Of a stretch of DNA of 64,000 nt, positions 1 through 13,700 are shown one piece after another. The translations under genes were made by a program, and so were the position numbers. The notes beneath the pieces are model-generated. The model was not told the DNA's origin. It saw only the letters and a program-made list of their open reading frames with translations, and did not search any database. Source of the DNA: Azolla caroliniana (Eukaryota > Plantae > Polypodiophyta); NCBI GenBank assembly GCA_043228905.1, contig JBHGNT010000016.1, forward strand, positions 15,438,001 to 15,502,000, in the 5' to 3' direction. Position 1 is the stretch's first letter; the number at the start of each line of letters is the position of its first letter.

Positions 1-115
1 TTGTGACCCACGGCTTAATGCATCCCAATCCCTTGAACTTGCTTTTATTGTTGCAGAGCGTCTCCGCCATAAGCGTCAATTGATTCTAACACCTCAAAAC
101 TACCTAGTCACATGA
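1..115 (+). CDS. DHS: 3' end (last exon, partial) of class II 3-deoxy-D-arabino-heptulosonate 7-phosphate (DAHP) synthase
   Basis: Frame starting at base 2 reads [37 protein letters not shown], the characteristic C-terminal motif ([15 protein letters not shown]) of plant type II DAHP synthases; stop TGA 113-115. Absent from the ORF track because it is 5'-truncated by the window edge. Confidence 0.93.
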   Translation, partial: CDPRLNASQSLELAFIVAERLRHKRQLILTPQNYLVT

Positions 116-2879
116 TCAAAGCAAATCTAACGCTTAGAAAACCACTTGCTTACATGATTAATCGCAAAGCATATGCATTTGGTTGCATGAGTCCAGCTTT
201 AAAATCTAAACACAAAGTTGGTGGGTCGCCAATGTTTATCTTGACATACTTTACTATAGTTCGGGAAAGTGTTATTCAACCAAATGTGGAGACGTCAAGC
301 AAAGCTTGGGTGTTAATACCACACCTGGTTAGATGGGTAAAGAAATTCTGTGCCCAAGTCTTTTCACAAACATTGGATGCTCAAAAAATTTCGTAGCTCA
401 CCGATGTTTCTGTTTAGCATCGTGGTCTAAGCTTTATTATGAACCTCCTCAAAGCTTTCAGCATGCACTTCAGATTATGCTTTCATTGTGATAAAAAGCA
501 AGATTTAATTTTTCGTGTAGCTCATTCTCTCTTTCCTACTTGCTTGTGGTATGCCTCACTGCATTATTCACATGTAGTGTACCTCACAATTGTTGTTTGC
601 TTGTTTTCTGTTCTGGTTTGGTTTTCGAGCAAGTGTATGTTACCAAGCTTGTTGCAAAATCCATAGTAGGATTTGCACACTATCATAGTAAATATATATA
701 TAACAATACTAGGGTATGTTTTTCCAATTGTTTTCTAGTATGATGTCTATATGGACGATCATAGTTTGGATCTGAATCACATGAAAATTTGGATTCCACG
801 CATAATTGTATATCACTACATTTGCTTAGACTACATGGATTAATTTACGATAATTGAAATAATGAGTTTTTTGGTACAAATTTGTAAGTTTGTTGGACCT
901 AATTGATCAAATTGTAAGCTCATTGTCAAGTTATGATTTTATCTACAAAGTGGGTTGTCTTAAAAGCATATTGAATCAGGTTTATCAAGTCAATTGTGCT
1001 AACAGGAACAAGAAGTCCTTAAATGGATCCTTATGTTGTATCATATATGTTTGAAATCCATTAGGTTGATCCTTATGTTTGTTAAACATTCAGACTAAAT
1101 ATCAATATTTACTTTTTTTCCTTTATTATGTGCTTAATCTTAATTCTCATGTAATTAGAAGCCTCAACTTTGATCAAACCATATATAGATTGTTCGAAAA
1201 TAAAAACAGCCAAGCATGGTATTAATCTCTTATATAGATTAAGGATAATGTAACATAATTTTTTGTGTATAAATGTATGACCAAGATATCTTAACCAGTT
1301 TTGTTGAGCCCTACTGTTTATTATATATTGTTGTTTAGACTTTACCTTGAGCTTTCTCTCTCTTTTAGAGCTATGATACTCGAAATAATATCTTATCTAG
1401 CACAATTTTCATGTTCTTCGTTTGCCTAGCGATTTCATAGTTAGGGTTATGCTGTGTCTTCATTATGCACTTGTTCATGTGATTCAGGAGATACATAAGA
1501 ATATTATGGTGTAATCATTCCCTAAAAACATTAACGTATGTGCTTCATAATATAAACCTCAGTGATTTAGTAGACATGAGAATATAACACTCAAGAAGAT
1601 GACACAATGCTTTGAGATTTCATGGGTTTTTGGGAAATCGTGGTAAACAATTATGAAGATAGTTGTTTGGCTAGTGGATTAATCCAATGCATAAATTTTT
1701 CATTATTTCTATAATCATGTCTAAAACTTGACACTTTCTTGATATTTCCAATGTTCGGTAATTTAAAACATAATCTGGTAAAGGGCCAATATGATTTTCT
1801 GATGAATTGGAAACTAGTGACTTCTCAAGGATCGAGTAGTCAAAAGCAATTATGTGATATTAGATTTTCAAATGTCATCATTAAGTTTGTATCTTTCTCC
1901 TCGATGTTATTTAAATTTCATGTATGAAGTGATGCTGATATTTTTGAAGTCAATAGTGGTCAAACCAAAGGCATCAATATGTCATAATGAATATGTTTGC
2001 ACATCTATCACAGGTTGCAAGTCACTAATGGAAATCATAATAATATATAATATGTGATGGGCACATCACCAACCAGTATTAGTTTCTCCTTGTGACTCTA
2101 CTGTTGATTGTGCATATTAATAAAGTGAATTAACAAAAGGACTTCCGTTTCATTAATGGGAAATGCACAAGCTCAAACTTTTAAAATCTATTGTTATGAC
2201 ATAGGATTGCTAATAGAACATTAATATTGCACAAAAGTTTCTAGAGGCTACATCGTTATGCTAGACAAATGCATCACATTGCATCTTGTTGGCCATTGTA
2301 TGTGTTGGGCCCATAGTATGTCATTCATACAAGAGGTTCTTGAGTTAGAACTTAGAGAAGTGTATTGTATCTTACATTGTCATTGCTTTGAACCGTTTGG
2401 AACTGAAAGGTGGATTTGTAAAGCCACATTTGAAGGAGAAACCATGTCATCATGTAAGTTAAAATCATGGACTTGTAGCAATCCTTGGTTTGGTGAAAAC
2501 TATAGGTTAAGGAAAATTATACAATTATGTTGTTGATTCAGGAACAACCTTTCCTATGATGTTACTTCTTGGGAGATTGCCTTTGAGTTGGTACTATGAG
2601 AGCACTTGCCTCTTGTAGGTGTAGCTAAGGACTTGAAAGTTTAACATCATTGGTACGAATCTAGAATATATACTCATTGGGCAAATTGGTTCATTCACAA
2701 TTTATTAGATATTTGGTCAATTGTGTGTTGGCATTTTTGAATCTCCTTATCGCAACTATTATCGACTTGTTATGTATGTTATGACATTGAAGGAAATATT
2801 TATGTCCACTTTTCGTGTCATTGGTTCGTTTTTTGGGTTTTTACATCACTCAAAGATTTCCTAGTTGTAATATTTGAAG

Positions 2880-5800
2880 CATAGTTCTAGCCATACGTCT
2901 CAAATGTGTCATACTCATACGTGAATATTCGTATCATACTCATACGTGAAATGGCTCCAAGTATGATTGGAATCCATTCGTCTATATTTATATTTATTTT
3001 TATTTTTATTACTCTAAAAAAAATTTAAAAATATGAAAAATAAAAAATAATCAAGATTTTTATAAACAAAAATCAAGACCATAATTTCATTGAAAACTAA
3101 CAAAATAGCATCCAAAATTCTAAACATGAACCAAAATTTATCCAAAGTTCAAAGTTCAAACATGAACATTAACCTAGAAAGTAGCTCTAAATTCATAGTA
3201 CTAATAGTTAATCTCATCTCTCTACTCTTGAGGTGCATTGTCAATGTTAACATCTTGCCCATCATCATCTTCTTCTTCGAAATCCTCATTAACCATAGTT
3301 GCATGTTGTCTTTGCAATACCAAAAGCCTATCATCATCATCTTCTTTATTAATCATATCCAAAGTCACTTCTATACGGCATGAATCTCTTTCTTTGACTT
3401 TCTTTAATAGACGATGGTTTGTATGCAAGTATACCAGCTTCTCTATATGATCATGACTCAACCTATTTCTCCTCTTAGTGTGTATCAATGAAAAGGTACT
3501 CCAATTTCTCTCACATGGAGATGCACAAGTACCTTGAGAAAGCACTCGTATCGCAAGTTTACTTAAATTTGGGGTTTCTCCTCCAAATAATTCCCACCAC
3601 TTAACACCTTCTTTCATTCTAGTAGGATCATTTGAAGGTGGAAGTTGAAAAATACCCTTCTCTTTAGTTTTATAAGCATGATACTCATCTAATAAATTAC
3701 CTTGCATCTTAATGTCACCATTTGCATATCGCATAATGGTGTCTATCCAACTAGCATTCACCACATTATCAAAAACTTGAGAATTTTCCCACCAAATTGG
3801 ATGTAAGAGATATCCAATTGCATGTAATGGTGAATGTAACATTTTGCATCTATCCATGCATAATCCTCTAATTTCATCAAGCAACATGTTATTGATTCCT
3901 TGCATTTTATTTATTTCTTCTACCATTCGTCGTGTACATTCATATATCAACCCCGTTGTTGCACCTTCTCTATCCGCCAATCGCAACACTTTTAAAATTG
4001 GTGAGCATATTTCCACTATCATCTTTACATTTGACCAAAAGGAAGCATTCAATATTATCGAAACTACTTCTTCTGCTTGTTGCGTTTTAGATCCCTTCCA
4101 TTGGCACCATTCTTCGCTAACTACCATTCTTCTTAAACCACTATACACTCTATCATCCAACAAATTTGATAGCACAATGAAACTATAAGCAAACCTTGTA
4201 GTAGAAGGCTTCAACAATTCCTTTTTACTAAACTTGCGAAACATTGCAAGCACATATAGCTTTCTTGTGATGAACGTAGTAACCTTCATACCTAATCTCA
4301 AAGCATCATTAACCCAAGCACATTTTCCTATATCCTCAAACAACAAATCAAGGCAATGACATGTGCATCGAGTAAAAAATATCATGGGCCACTCTTTCTC
4401 TATCATATGTCCCGCTGCCACACAATTTGATGCATTATCCATGCATACTTGCATAACATTTGTTGGGCCAATTTCAAGAATGGTAGCTTTTAGAATATTA
4501 AAGATATACTCCCCCGTTTTACATTCTCCACTTGTATCCACAGACCTCAAAAACACTGAACCAAACATTGATGAAGCTAGAACATTAATTATTGGCCTAT
4601 TTCTAGTATCTGACCAACCATCACTGACTATAGTGCATCCATATATTTTCCATTTCTCTTTGATGCATGAAAGTTTATCTTCAACAATTTTTACTTCTTC
4701 ATCTAAGTGCCTCTTTCCCAATTGGAAAGAACTTGGTGGCTTATATGACGGACCAGCCTTTGCAATTGCTTGAACCATATCATGAAAAAAGGAACTATCA
4801 ACCTTAAGATGTGGAATATCCTCTACAAAAAAGAATCTTCTCACTGATTCATCGGCATTTTTATTCAAACTTTTTTGCCAAGAGATTTGTAGGGATCCAC
4901 TAGAATTCTCAATTGTCCTCTTCTTACATGATGAAGATGACATGTCAACTACAGATGCACAAGTAGATGGCACAACATTGGCATTAGATGTACTTATATC
5001 GACATTATTCTCACTTTCTGTAATAGAATTTTCATTAGCATTAATATTTTCATGAGCATCCACATCCAATACTAATTTTTGTATCTCATCTTTTATTGCT
5101 CCAGTGACTTTGCAGCATTTATCCACACCTTGTCCTTTTAGCCCCAAAAGATGGGCTTTAATTCGGTGTGGACCACCAGCAAACACGTGTTTGCAATATT
5201 TGCATTCATTTATATGCATTCCTTTATTGTTTCTCTTCACGACAGTAATGTGATCCCATAAAAAGCTCTTTTGTTTGCCCATACTACAATCACATTAATT
5301 TATAAATCAACAATTTAGGAAGTGAGTTAACAAATCTACAATCACGTTGATATTAATATATAAAAGAACATTAGAAAACTACAATTACATTGATTTAATA
5401 AAACTACAATCCTTTTGAGGTGCTTTTCCTTCTCAGAGTTTATTAAGTTCTATTCGATTTCGGGCAACATTGCCTCAATATAATTCATTTCTATGTCACT
5501 TTCTATGTTACTTTCTATCTTATGTTTCAAATTTCAATATCAAAAATTTCTATGGCTAAAAGCCAAAAGGTTCAATGGTGATTATCTCTCTCCAAAGGCC
5601 AAATTTCAATTAGATGAAAACATGAACAACTAGTTAAATTCTCTACATTATTACGAATCCTATATGGCCAAGAGGTATTACTTTTCAGCACATTAAGACC
5701 TTCTCAATCCCATGCAAGACAAATCACAAACCTAAGACAAAGATGCATCATGCAATTTGTTGTTTCTCTTCCTCTTTCAATTATTCGATTAAAAAAACCA

Positions 5801-6595
5801 AAAAAATGGGTAGTGAAGGGGCGGGGAAGGGCGACATGTCTAGTTTTCTTATCCCTTGCATCCATTATTTGAGAAAAACATGCATTTGTAGTATGTACAA
5901 CCTGAAATTAAAGCTGATTTGCACATACAAACATCCATAATTCCATAATCTCATTTAGTGTTTTATGAGTTCTTGGGTTTTTGTTAAGATTTTGAGGGTT
6001 TTTTCCCAAATTTTCGTTTTAGGGTTTGATCTCATGCTCATTGAATGATTTAACAATTGTATAGACATTAGAAATACATGAATTCAGGATAACAATTTAC
6101 CTTTACGCTTCCAAGAAGAATCAAACGAGACAAATCGGTAAGGCGGCAGGTTGTAGGCGGCTCGCGGGTGAGCGGGAATCAAGATTCGGGATTCGGGATT
6201 CGGGATTTGGGAATCAGAAATTAGAAATTAGAAATCAGCCTGTTCGTTTTGTCCTTCACAGAAATCTGATTTTCACTCAAAGCTCTCGATTCTCTTCACG
6301 ATTTTCTCCTTACAGAAATCTGATTTTCACTCAAAGCTCTCGATTCTCTACGGTCGACTGAGGACTCTCGATTATCAGACTCTCAGACTCTCAAACTCTC
6401 AGAGACTCAGACTCATCACTCGTCACTGCTCAGTGCTCAGTGCTCACAACGCAATGACGCATCAGAAAAAACCCCCCAAAAAAACACCCAAAAAAAAAAA
6501 AAAAACCCAAACGAATATCGCGTATCATACGCGTACGTTTGCAAACGTTCGCGTACGTCCAATAAATTGGACGTACGCGAATATTAGGAACTATG
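2880..6595 (-). mobile_element. hAT DNA transposon, full-length (3,716 bp)
   Basis: Perfect 8-bp TSD ATTTGAAG (2872-2879 and 6596-6603); short TIRs CATAGTTC.../...GAACTATG; subterminal CGTACGCGAATATT-type motifs; encloses a hAT transposase ORF. Confidence 0.95.
3222..5282 (-). CDS. hAT transposase (BED finger, DUF659-type core, C-terminal dimerisation domain), 686 aa, uninterrupted
   Basis: BED-type CKYC...HL motif; catalytic motifs SDGWSD, CMDNAS, CTCH (CxxH) and SPCERNWS; LIHTKRRNRL...EKLVY dimerisation motif. Confidence 0.93.
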   Translation of the reverse strand: MGKQKSFLWDHITVVKRNNKGMHINECKYCKHVFAGGPHRIKAHLLGLKGQGVDKCCKVTGAIKDEIQKLVLDVDAHENINANENSITESENNVDISTSNANVVPSTCASVVDMSSSSCKKRTIENSSGSLQISWQKSLNKNADESVRRFFFVEDIPHLKVDSSFFHDMVQAIAKAGPSYKPPSSFQLGKRHLDEEVKIVEDKLSCIKEKWKIYGCTIVSDGWSDTRNRPIINVLASSMFGSVFLRSVDTSGECKTGEYIFNILKATILEIGPTNVMQVCMDNASNCVAAGHMIEKEWPMIFFTRCTCHCLDLLFEDIGKCAWVNDALRLGMKVTTFITRKLYVLAMFRKFSKKELLKPSTTRFAYSFIVLSNLLDDRVYSGLRRMVVSEEWCQWKGSKTQQAEEVVSIILNASFWSNVKMIVEICSPILKVLRLADREGATTGLIYECTRRMVEEINKMQGINNMLLDEIRGLCMDRCKMLHSPLHAIGYLLHPIWWENSQVFDNVVNASWIDTIMRYANGDIKMQGNLLDEYHAYKTKEKGIFQLPPSNDPTRMKEGVKWWELFGGETPNLSKLAIRVLSQGTCASPCERNWSTFSLIHTKRRNRLSHDHIEKLVYLHTNHRLLKKVKERDSCRIEVTLDMINKEDDDDRLLVLQRQHATMVNEDFEEEDDDGQDVNIDNAPQE

Positions 6596-7687
6596 ATTTG
6601 AAGTATTACTAAAACAAAATGTGTTTGAGAGAGCGAATATACAACTCAATGTATCTATGATAGTTAGTTGTAAAAGAGAAATAGTGATCCTATGATATGA
6701 AACGCTTTTATGTCACATCGTGTCATTTTCCATACTTTTCTCCGTAGATAGATTAACCCACATCACGTTGATGCTTTATAGTTTACATCATTAAATGGTG
6801 GTATAATACGTTGTAACTATTCACATCCAATATCCTTCTCATAAATAACATTAGGTGTTAAACTACATATACCCTTTATGATAGATAAAATCTACCAAGT
6901 TTATTCAAGCTGCAAATTTGACATGTCTAATGTACTAAACATAAGCAAAAGTGCACTTGTTTATACTTAAGACCTTCAAATTATTTGTAAAATAGGGATG
7001 CTACGGAAGAGTTTTTGATCATATCAAATTATCTCTTTGTTTATGATATATCGTGTCATATTTCTTTTTGATCTACTTCATATATTTTTCAGCCTATTTG
7101 GAAATTAATATTTTAATAAGCAATTTACTTTTTCTACTCTCTTTGGTTGAGTCATAATTTTCATATGATTACACATAATGCTATGCTCTTTGAATGATGT
7201 GGTGTTTTGGAGTTGTTTTTGTTGTTTCCTTTACACATATTGTTTTCCTTTTGACATGTAAGTTGGCTTGTAAGATATGAGTTGAATATTATCCTATGTA
7301 CATTGCCTTAAGTAATGGAAGTAGTTTTTTTTGGATTTTTATTTATATTTTTTCATATGAATACAATTTCTAAAGTTCTTGAACTACAGACTAATGGGAA
7401 AAAAGGGGATTTATGAATTACAATGTACAATTGAATGTAGTTATAATATTCTCCCTTTAACCTAAAAAGTGGTATTTTATTGAGCGTTAATTCGCAGTAA
7501 TCATTGTATCTTGTGCAAATTTCATGGGAGAAATTAGGCCTCCCAAATGAGCTCTTTTGTTTATACCTCACCAAAATGATGATGCTCTTTTTTTTTTCCA
7601 TAAAACATATGCTCCATTGGTATTAATAAAAGGCTAGAGGCAATATACAAATAGTATATAATATTGTTTCATCTCCACAAGTATATA

Positions 7688-8669
7688 CAGTAACCATTCG
7701 GTTAAGTACGTGCCCACTTAAGTACACCATTCTATTAAGTGCGCATTCTATAGAGGTCAAAATCCAGATCAAAAAATTTACACTGTTTCATGATGAAATT
7801 ACATCAAACCAAATTGGAACTATGTTCCTAACACCAAAAAACAATAAAATGAGTTTCTAAAAATAATAAAATTAAAAGAATTTGTTACACAATGGTGGAT
7901 GGGGTCTGTTGAAAACGAAGAGAGAAATGCAAAGCATAAAAACGAATGCAAATTCAAAAGTGGTCTCTAGTTGCAACATCAATGTCTATGTCTGTGTGTT
8001 GTGTGTCAATGTGTGTGTCTATGAGTCAGTGATTTTGATTCTTGGTTAAAGAAAATAAACTTTCTACTAACCTAATTATCCATTTCCTTTTCCCGATCAT
8101 CTGATTATGTCCCCCCACCCCCCATGGCCGCCTTGTTCGATTCATTCATCCTTAATTTTCTTTCTTTCTTTCTTTCTTTCTTTTCCTCCCTCCCTCCCTC
8201 GCTCACTTTTTGTGCATCTCGTTTTTTCTCAAAGATGGTAGAAGTTGCAGCCTAATCTTTCTCTGTCATTCCTCTCCTCTCTATTCCCGTTTCCTCCATT
8301 TGTACTACAATTGCTTAAACATGCAACCACTAGGAAGAAAACGTAGGAAAAAATATTAGCGCATCCAAGGTAATCCAATGAATAAGATATGTATTCCTTA
8401 AGCCTAGCAGAGATGAGAAAACTAACGGTAATATGGAATCAAGAAAGAAACGATATTCAAGAAGAGTATGCTGAAACAAGAAATGTTTTAGGTCAATTAT
8501 ATCACATAAATTGATCACCTCTCTTATCAAGAATTGTGTGATCAGAACATAGAGAGAAAAAATTTCGGAAAACCCTAAATTTTTTTCAGAAAACCCTTAA
8601 GTATGCAGCTCGGTTAAGTACGCACTTCTTCCTTGCGTTCAAAGTGCGTACTTAACCGAATGGTTACTG
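7688..8669. mobile_element. Non-autonomous Tc1/mariner (pogo-like) element / MITE, 982 bp
   Basis: Perfect 23-bp TIRs CAGTAACCATTCGGTTAAGTACG (7688-7710; complement 8647-8669) flanked by TA on both sides; no transposase ORF. Confidence 0.9.
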
Positions 8670-8729
8670 TACATATTATGAAAGACAAGACAAAATATAA
8701 GCTTTGGCATTTGGCAAGATAAGGATAAT

Positions 8730-8900
8730 TATAATCCATGAATACAACTCTCAGCCTTTGCCAATAACACCTTTGCTATGGCAAGCTAGGAGACCACATA
8801 TAAAGGTGAAAACAATCTCCAGCATGTAAAAACAAGTCAGTGTTTCATCGAAACGTCCATTCTATCATGATTGCATTCCAAATGGCCACATTTGTAGTTA
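8730..8900 (-). pseudogene. Decayed PLS-class pentatricopeptide repeat (PPR) gene fragment
   Basis: Minus strand reads TNVAIWNAIMI-(frameshift)-GRFDETLTCFYMLEIVFTFICGLLACHSKGVIGKG*ELYSWII, resembling P/L-type PPR motifs (..SWNALI..G..EEAL.CF..M...TF.C.LKAC...G...KG..IH); contains a frameshift and a stop. Confidence 0.5.
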
Positions 8901-9439
8901 GAAGTGTCTAAAGCACATCTTCCTTTGCCCCTTGTCATGGTCTCTAAAAACTTTATGTTGCAGACAAAGTTAGCTGAACTTGATTCCACATATGCTAAAG
9001 CTCTTGGTTGTCCACCCTGGGTGGTAGTTTGAAAACTTCATGTTTGCATTTGGTTTCGCATGTACTGAAGACCATACTCAACATATAAACAACATCTCAG
9101 AGTATCCAGCTTTTTCGAACTTCATTTTTCCACATTAGCCCTCAACCTTTCACAACAAAAATGCCTACAAAGTCAACCAGCTTTATAAATCGTGTAATGT
9201 GATCACTTTATCAACGAATTCCAATGTCTGGAGTCGAGCAATGTATTCCGCTGACAACAACACATTTGGCCTGAGTTATTGTGTAGTAAATGCTTCAAAG
9301 AGACAATTGTAAAGGGGTGATGATATCATTAAAAATCTCCAAGCTTCAAAGCATGTACTCTCGTAGACCCTCAAGAAAATGCTTCCAAGTCCACACCATC
9401 AACACTCATAAAACAAAAAAGAAAACGAGTCTACTCTCC

Positions 9440-10630
9440 CATCGTGAAGTATGCTTCAGCCCCCGACAACCTCATGACTCCTTATCAAACAAAGAATCTG
9501 TTTTGTTTTCCCCATCCAACCTCTAGCCGATTACCACCAAAGTCCACATCAACCACCTCTCGTCATAGACCACCAAAGCCCTGTACATACAAAAAACATA
9601 ATGACACTACTATCCAGATCCCCTCATGAAATTATGCTTCTTCCCTCGACACCATCGTCACTCATCCTTGTCAGAAATAGATAATGTGCTTCGTTTTCCA
9701 TATCAGCAGTGCCATCATTTACTACCAAGGTCTTTGAGATTGGAAGACGCGATGACCAACATCCAATGTGCTCTCCTTCTCCCGTCATGAAAGTATGCTT
9801 CAGCCCCTACACCATCAAAAAATAGAATGAATCACTCTCCTTAGACACTCATAAAAATCTGATTCACCCTCCAACACCATCTTCACTCATCATTATCGAA
9901 AATTTGTTTCATTTTCAACATCAACCATCTGTCCATTTTCAGCAAATTCCTATACCTACTCCTAATATTCTGTTTCACCCCCCACACCATCTTCGCTCAT
10001 CCTTATCCCTCAAAAAAATTTGCTTCTTAAGTCCACATCAACCATCTCGCCGATTACCACCAAATTCTTGTATAAATAATAGCAAAATGATTATAAAATG
10101 TTTCCTCATCCCCTCATATATTTGCTTCAACCCCCACACCATCGTCACTCATCCTCTCGTCATTAATAAACTATATAAAGACAATAACTACATGACAGCA
10201 ATGACTAGACGATCCTGTTTGTTGCACTCCCTACGACACCTAAAATCTTACATGACAACAACGACAATACGATCCTGTATGTTGCACTCCCTAAGATGAA
10301 ACCTAAAATCTTCTTCACTCCGTCCCATGACACCAAATTCCATCAAGCATCTTGACATATAGACAGCAAACAAATTAGTGTAAAAAATTTCCTCACCAAC
10401 TTATGATAATATGCTTCAAACCCCCCACCATCTTCACTCCTCCTTATCCCTCAAAAGAATTTTGCTTCTTAATTCCACATCAACCCTCTCGCCGATTACC
10501 ACCAAATTCCTTCTCATAATAATATGCTTCAACCCCCACACCATCTACATTCATCCGTATCGCTAAAAAAGAATTTGCTTCTTACGTCCACAACAACCAT
10601 CTCGCCATCTCGCTAATCGGCACCAAATTT
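9440..10630. repeat. Degenerate tandem repeat (~110-180 bp units) abutting the LINE 3' end
   Basis: Recurrent unit ATGCTTCAACCCCCACACCATC..CTCATCCTTATC..AAAAA..TTTGCTTCTTAAGTCCACATCAACCATCTCGCCGATTACCACCAAATT, best copies at ~9970, ~10410 and ~10525; also a ~60-bp duplication at ~10187-10310. Confidence 0.7.
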
Positions 10631-10714
10631 TGGCTTGCCATGTCCTTGATTTCCATCAACATCCTAACAACATCACTTATCCTAACAAAAATATCAACGA
10701 TCATCTATATTATA

Positions 10715-13700
10715 TCATGTTATTTGTACTAACGATGGTGCCGGTGGCGGGAACAACCAACAAGGCGGTACATAGGTCCACTTGACATCTGCGGCTTCAT
10801 TCAACATAATAGGTATAGATGACCAAACTTTACGAATTCTCATTCTTTTCTTATTAGTTGTGTGTCCGGAACCCTTATAACTATCATATTCACCTTTAAC
10901 TGTATGTACCAATAAGTCCCAAAAAGACTTAACCTGATCCACGATGTGAATGTTTTCATCATTGTATAGCTTGGAGCACCTAGCTTTCCAAAGAACCCAT
11001 AAAGCCAAAGAGGAGACAATTTGCCAGATGTGACTACGGTAGAAAAATTTGATTCCCTGCCAGGAGGTTGAAGTAGAGTATACCTACAGACTTCTGACAT
11101 GTAATGTCAAGGAAGAATAATGATGATGATAGAAAGCCATTTGTTGAACTAACCTTCCCCATAAGACTGCACCCCACGTGAAAATCCCCAACCTATACTT
11201 ATGACCTAGTAGCCTAAGAATTCTAAACCAAAAAAGTTTTTGCGACAACACATTCCCAAAATACATAATGCAATGACTCACGTACAGAACCACACATAAC
11301 GCATGACTGATCAACTACAGATCCCCTCATCAAATCACCTATTGGCAACGCATAATGAATCATCAACCAATGAAAGTGTAATATCTTGTTCATGCATTTA
11401 ATTAACCAAAACTGTTTCCAAAACATCATCATATGAGAAGATTATACATTACCTTCCTCCCAATACTTTTTCCCCTGCAGGTACTGACTCAGTCTGATTC
11501 AACATAAAGTTTCTCCTGAACGCCACCGAATATGTGAAGAATGGGAGGACCTTAGTGGAATTATTAGGCATGGACAATTTCCAACCATAATCTGCAGGAT
11601 CCCACTGCAGATCAACAAGTGGTCTAGAGTGTAAAACCCAAATATGAGATGCATAGTTAGCAATTAAGGGACTAGGGGAAATAAACAATTTTTTATCCAA
11701 TCTAGCAATTACTCGCACTGGTAACTGCTTTGCAACAGACACAATTGGAGACTCGTCATCTACTAATACCAACCTACCATTATCCAACACTTCATAGAAG
11801 TAAAGGTTGCCATTTTGATGATATAAACGAGCACCTATAAGTATATTAAGTGTCTAAAACATACCGTACCAACTTTGAAAATGATCGAGCCGCAAAGTTG
11901 GTACTATGACCTGATACACCATGGACAATTGATCTACCATTATGTTTGCCCCTCTTAAACTAGACAACCTATTCTTTCGGTCCTAAGCCGATATCTGCAA
12001 AAAGTTTATCCAATCCGCAGCTGTATGGGTTGGACCATTGTCCATTGCAGCCCAAGATAACCTAGGCCGTAGACCCAACACACGCAACTTCATCCGTAAA
12101 TAAAGGGTTCCATATCAAAGGTTGACACATGAATTGAGTATAAGTTTTCGGTGGCAAGAAAACAAGTGCTTGACGAATACTTTCCCATGCTCGAAATATT
12201 CCATTAAAAAACCGTAAGGATCCAACATTAGACTTAGGCAATGGAAAATCTACATTGAAAAACCATCTAAGACTATCCTTCCATTGACCACCTGTTGATG
12301 GCTTGACGTTATGTAAATGCCAAATCCATAGCTTTTTCCATAACTCCTCTCTTGGCAATAAACTCCTAACAACATGTTTAGAAAGTAAGGCTTTACTTTG
12401 CATAAAAGGATCAATCAAACCTAGACCTCCTTTCCGCTTAGATTGTATAAGAATCGTCAAAGCGACCTTTGCTACCGAATTGTCAGACACATTGTTCCCC
12501 CAAATAAAATTCCGTATTAGGCGTTGAACTTTAAGCATTATTTTCCTTGAAAATAGCCATGTAGATGCTATATACCAAATCGAGGACAAAAGCACTGAAT
12601 TAGCTACAACTATACATCCTACTAAAGATAGCTTTTCCTTATTCCTTAATCTTAATAACAAGGGTGCAATCATATCCTCTGCCTTTAATCCCAAGCCCAC
12701 TCTATAGCCTAAATACCTAATGGACTGACCTTGAGGTATCTATGTGAATCCTGAAGAAGGCACATAAACTGGTGGATCTCCTAGAGCAACCCAAAAACCT
12801 AATGACTTATCCCAATTTATCAATGCGCCCGATGCATCTGAAAAATCATCCACAGCCTTTTGCACCTGTGCCAAATTTAATCATGAGGCCTGAACATATA
12901 AAGCTGTGTCATCAGCAAACTTGCTATCCACAACAACATACGACACTGGTAGTGCTAACCCTTTAATATTTACATATTGAGAATTTAGATGTACAGAAAA
13001 TGCTTCAGATACTAATAAAAATAGGAAAGGAGCAAGTGGACATCCCTGTCTTACTGATCTTGAGATCGGGAATCTCCTACCAACATCCCATGCAAATAAA
13101 AGAGAGCTATACGCATTACGATATAATGCTGATACTCCTTGTATCCATGTGTTTGGGAAACCCATCCTAACCAATGTTCCCTCCATAAAATCCCAGTCCA
13201 CTCTGTCATAAGCCTTTTCAAAATCAAGAAATAACACCGCCAAGTCTTGCTTATGCAATTCTGCAAAGGCAATCATTTTCCAAAAGAGAATAATGTTATA
13301 AAAAATACTTCTCTCTTGCATAAAACTAGTTTGAGAATCATGAATCAACTCTGACATATAAGGCTGTAGCCGTCTAGCTAACGTTTTTGCTAATATTTTA
13401 TAAATAACATTCAACAAGGTAATTGGTCTCCAATGTTGAAGCTCTTCTAATTGTCCACTTGATTTAGGAATCATATAAATTAAACCTTCCTTCCATTCTT
13501 GTGGCATATTTCCCGAATCTAATATCTTTTGGTAGGCTTTGGTCAATCCATCACCTATCAAATCCCAATATTGGATATACCACTGGACTGCCAACCCATC
13601 CAAGCCAGGACAAACATCTTTAGCAAGGGCTTTAGCAGCTTTAAGAACCTCTTGAGAATTTAGCGGTTGTAAAAGACAATCTGTCAGTTGTACAGATACC

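Noticed and set aside
112-743. Short ORFs downstream of DHS
   Set aside because: No recognisable motifs; they lie in the expected 3' UTR/terminator region.
1440-2640. Possible highly decayed PPR-like sequence on the plus strand (fragments such as QEIHKNI, LVDM, DVTSWE)
   Set aside because: Only scattered 4-7-aa resemblances in different frames; cannot be supported without a profile search.
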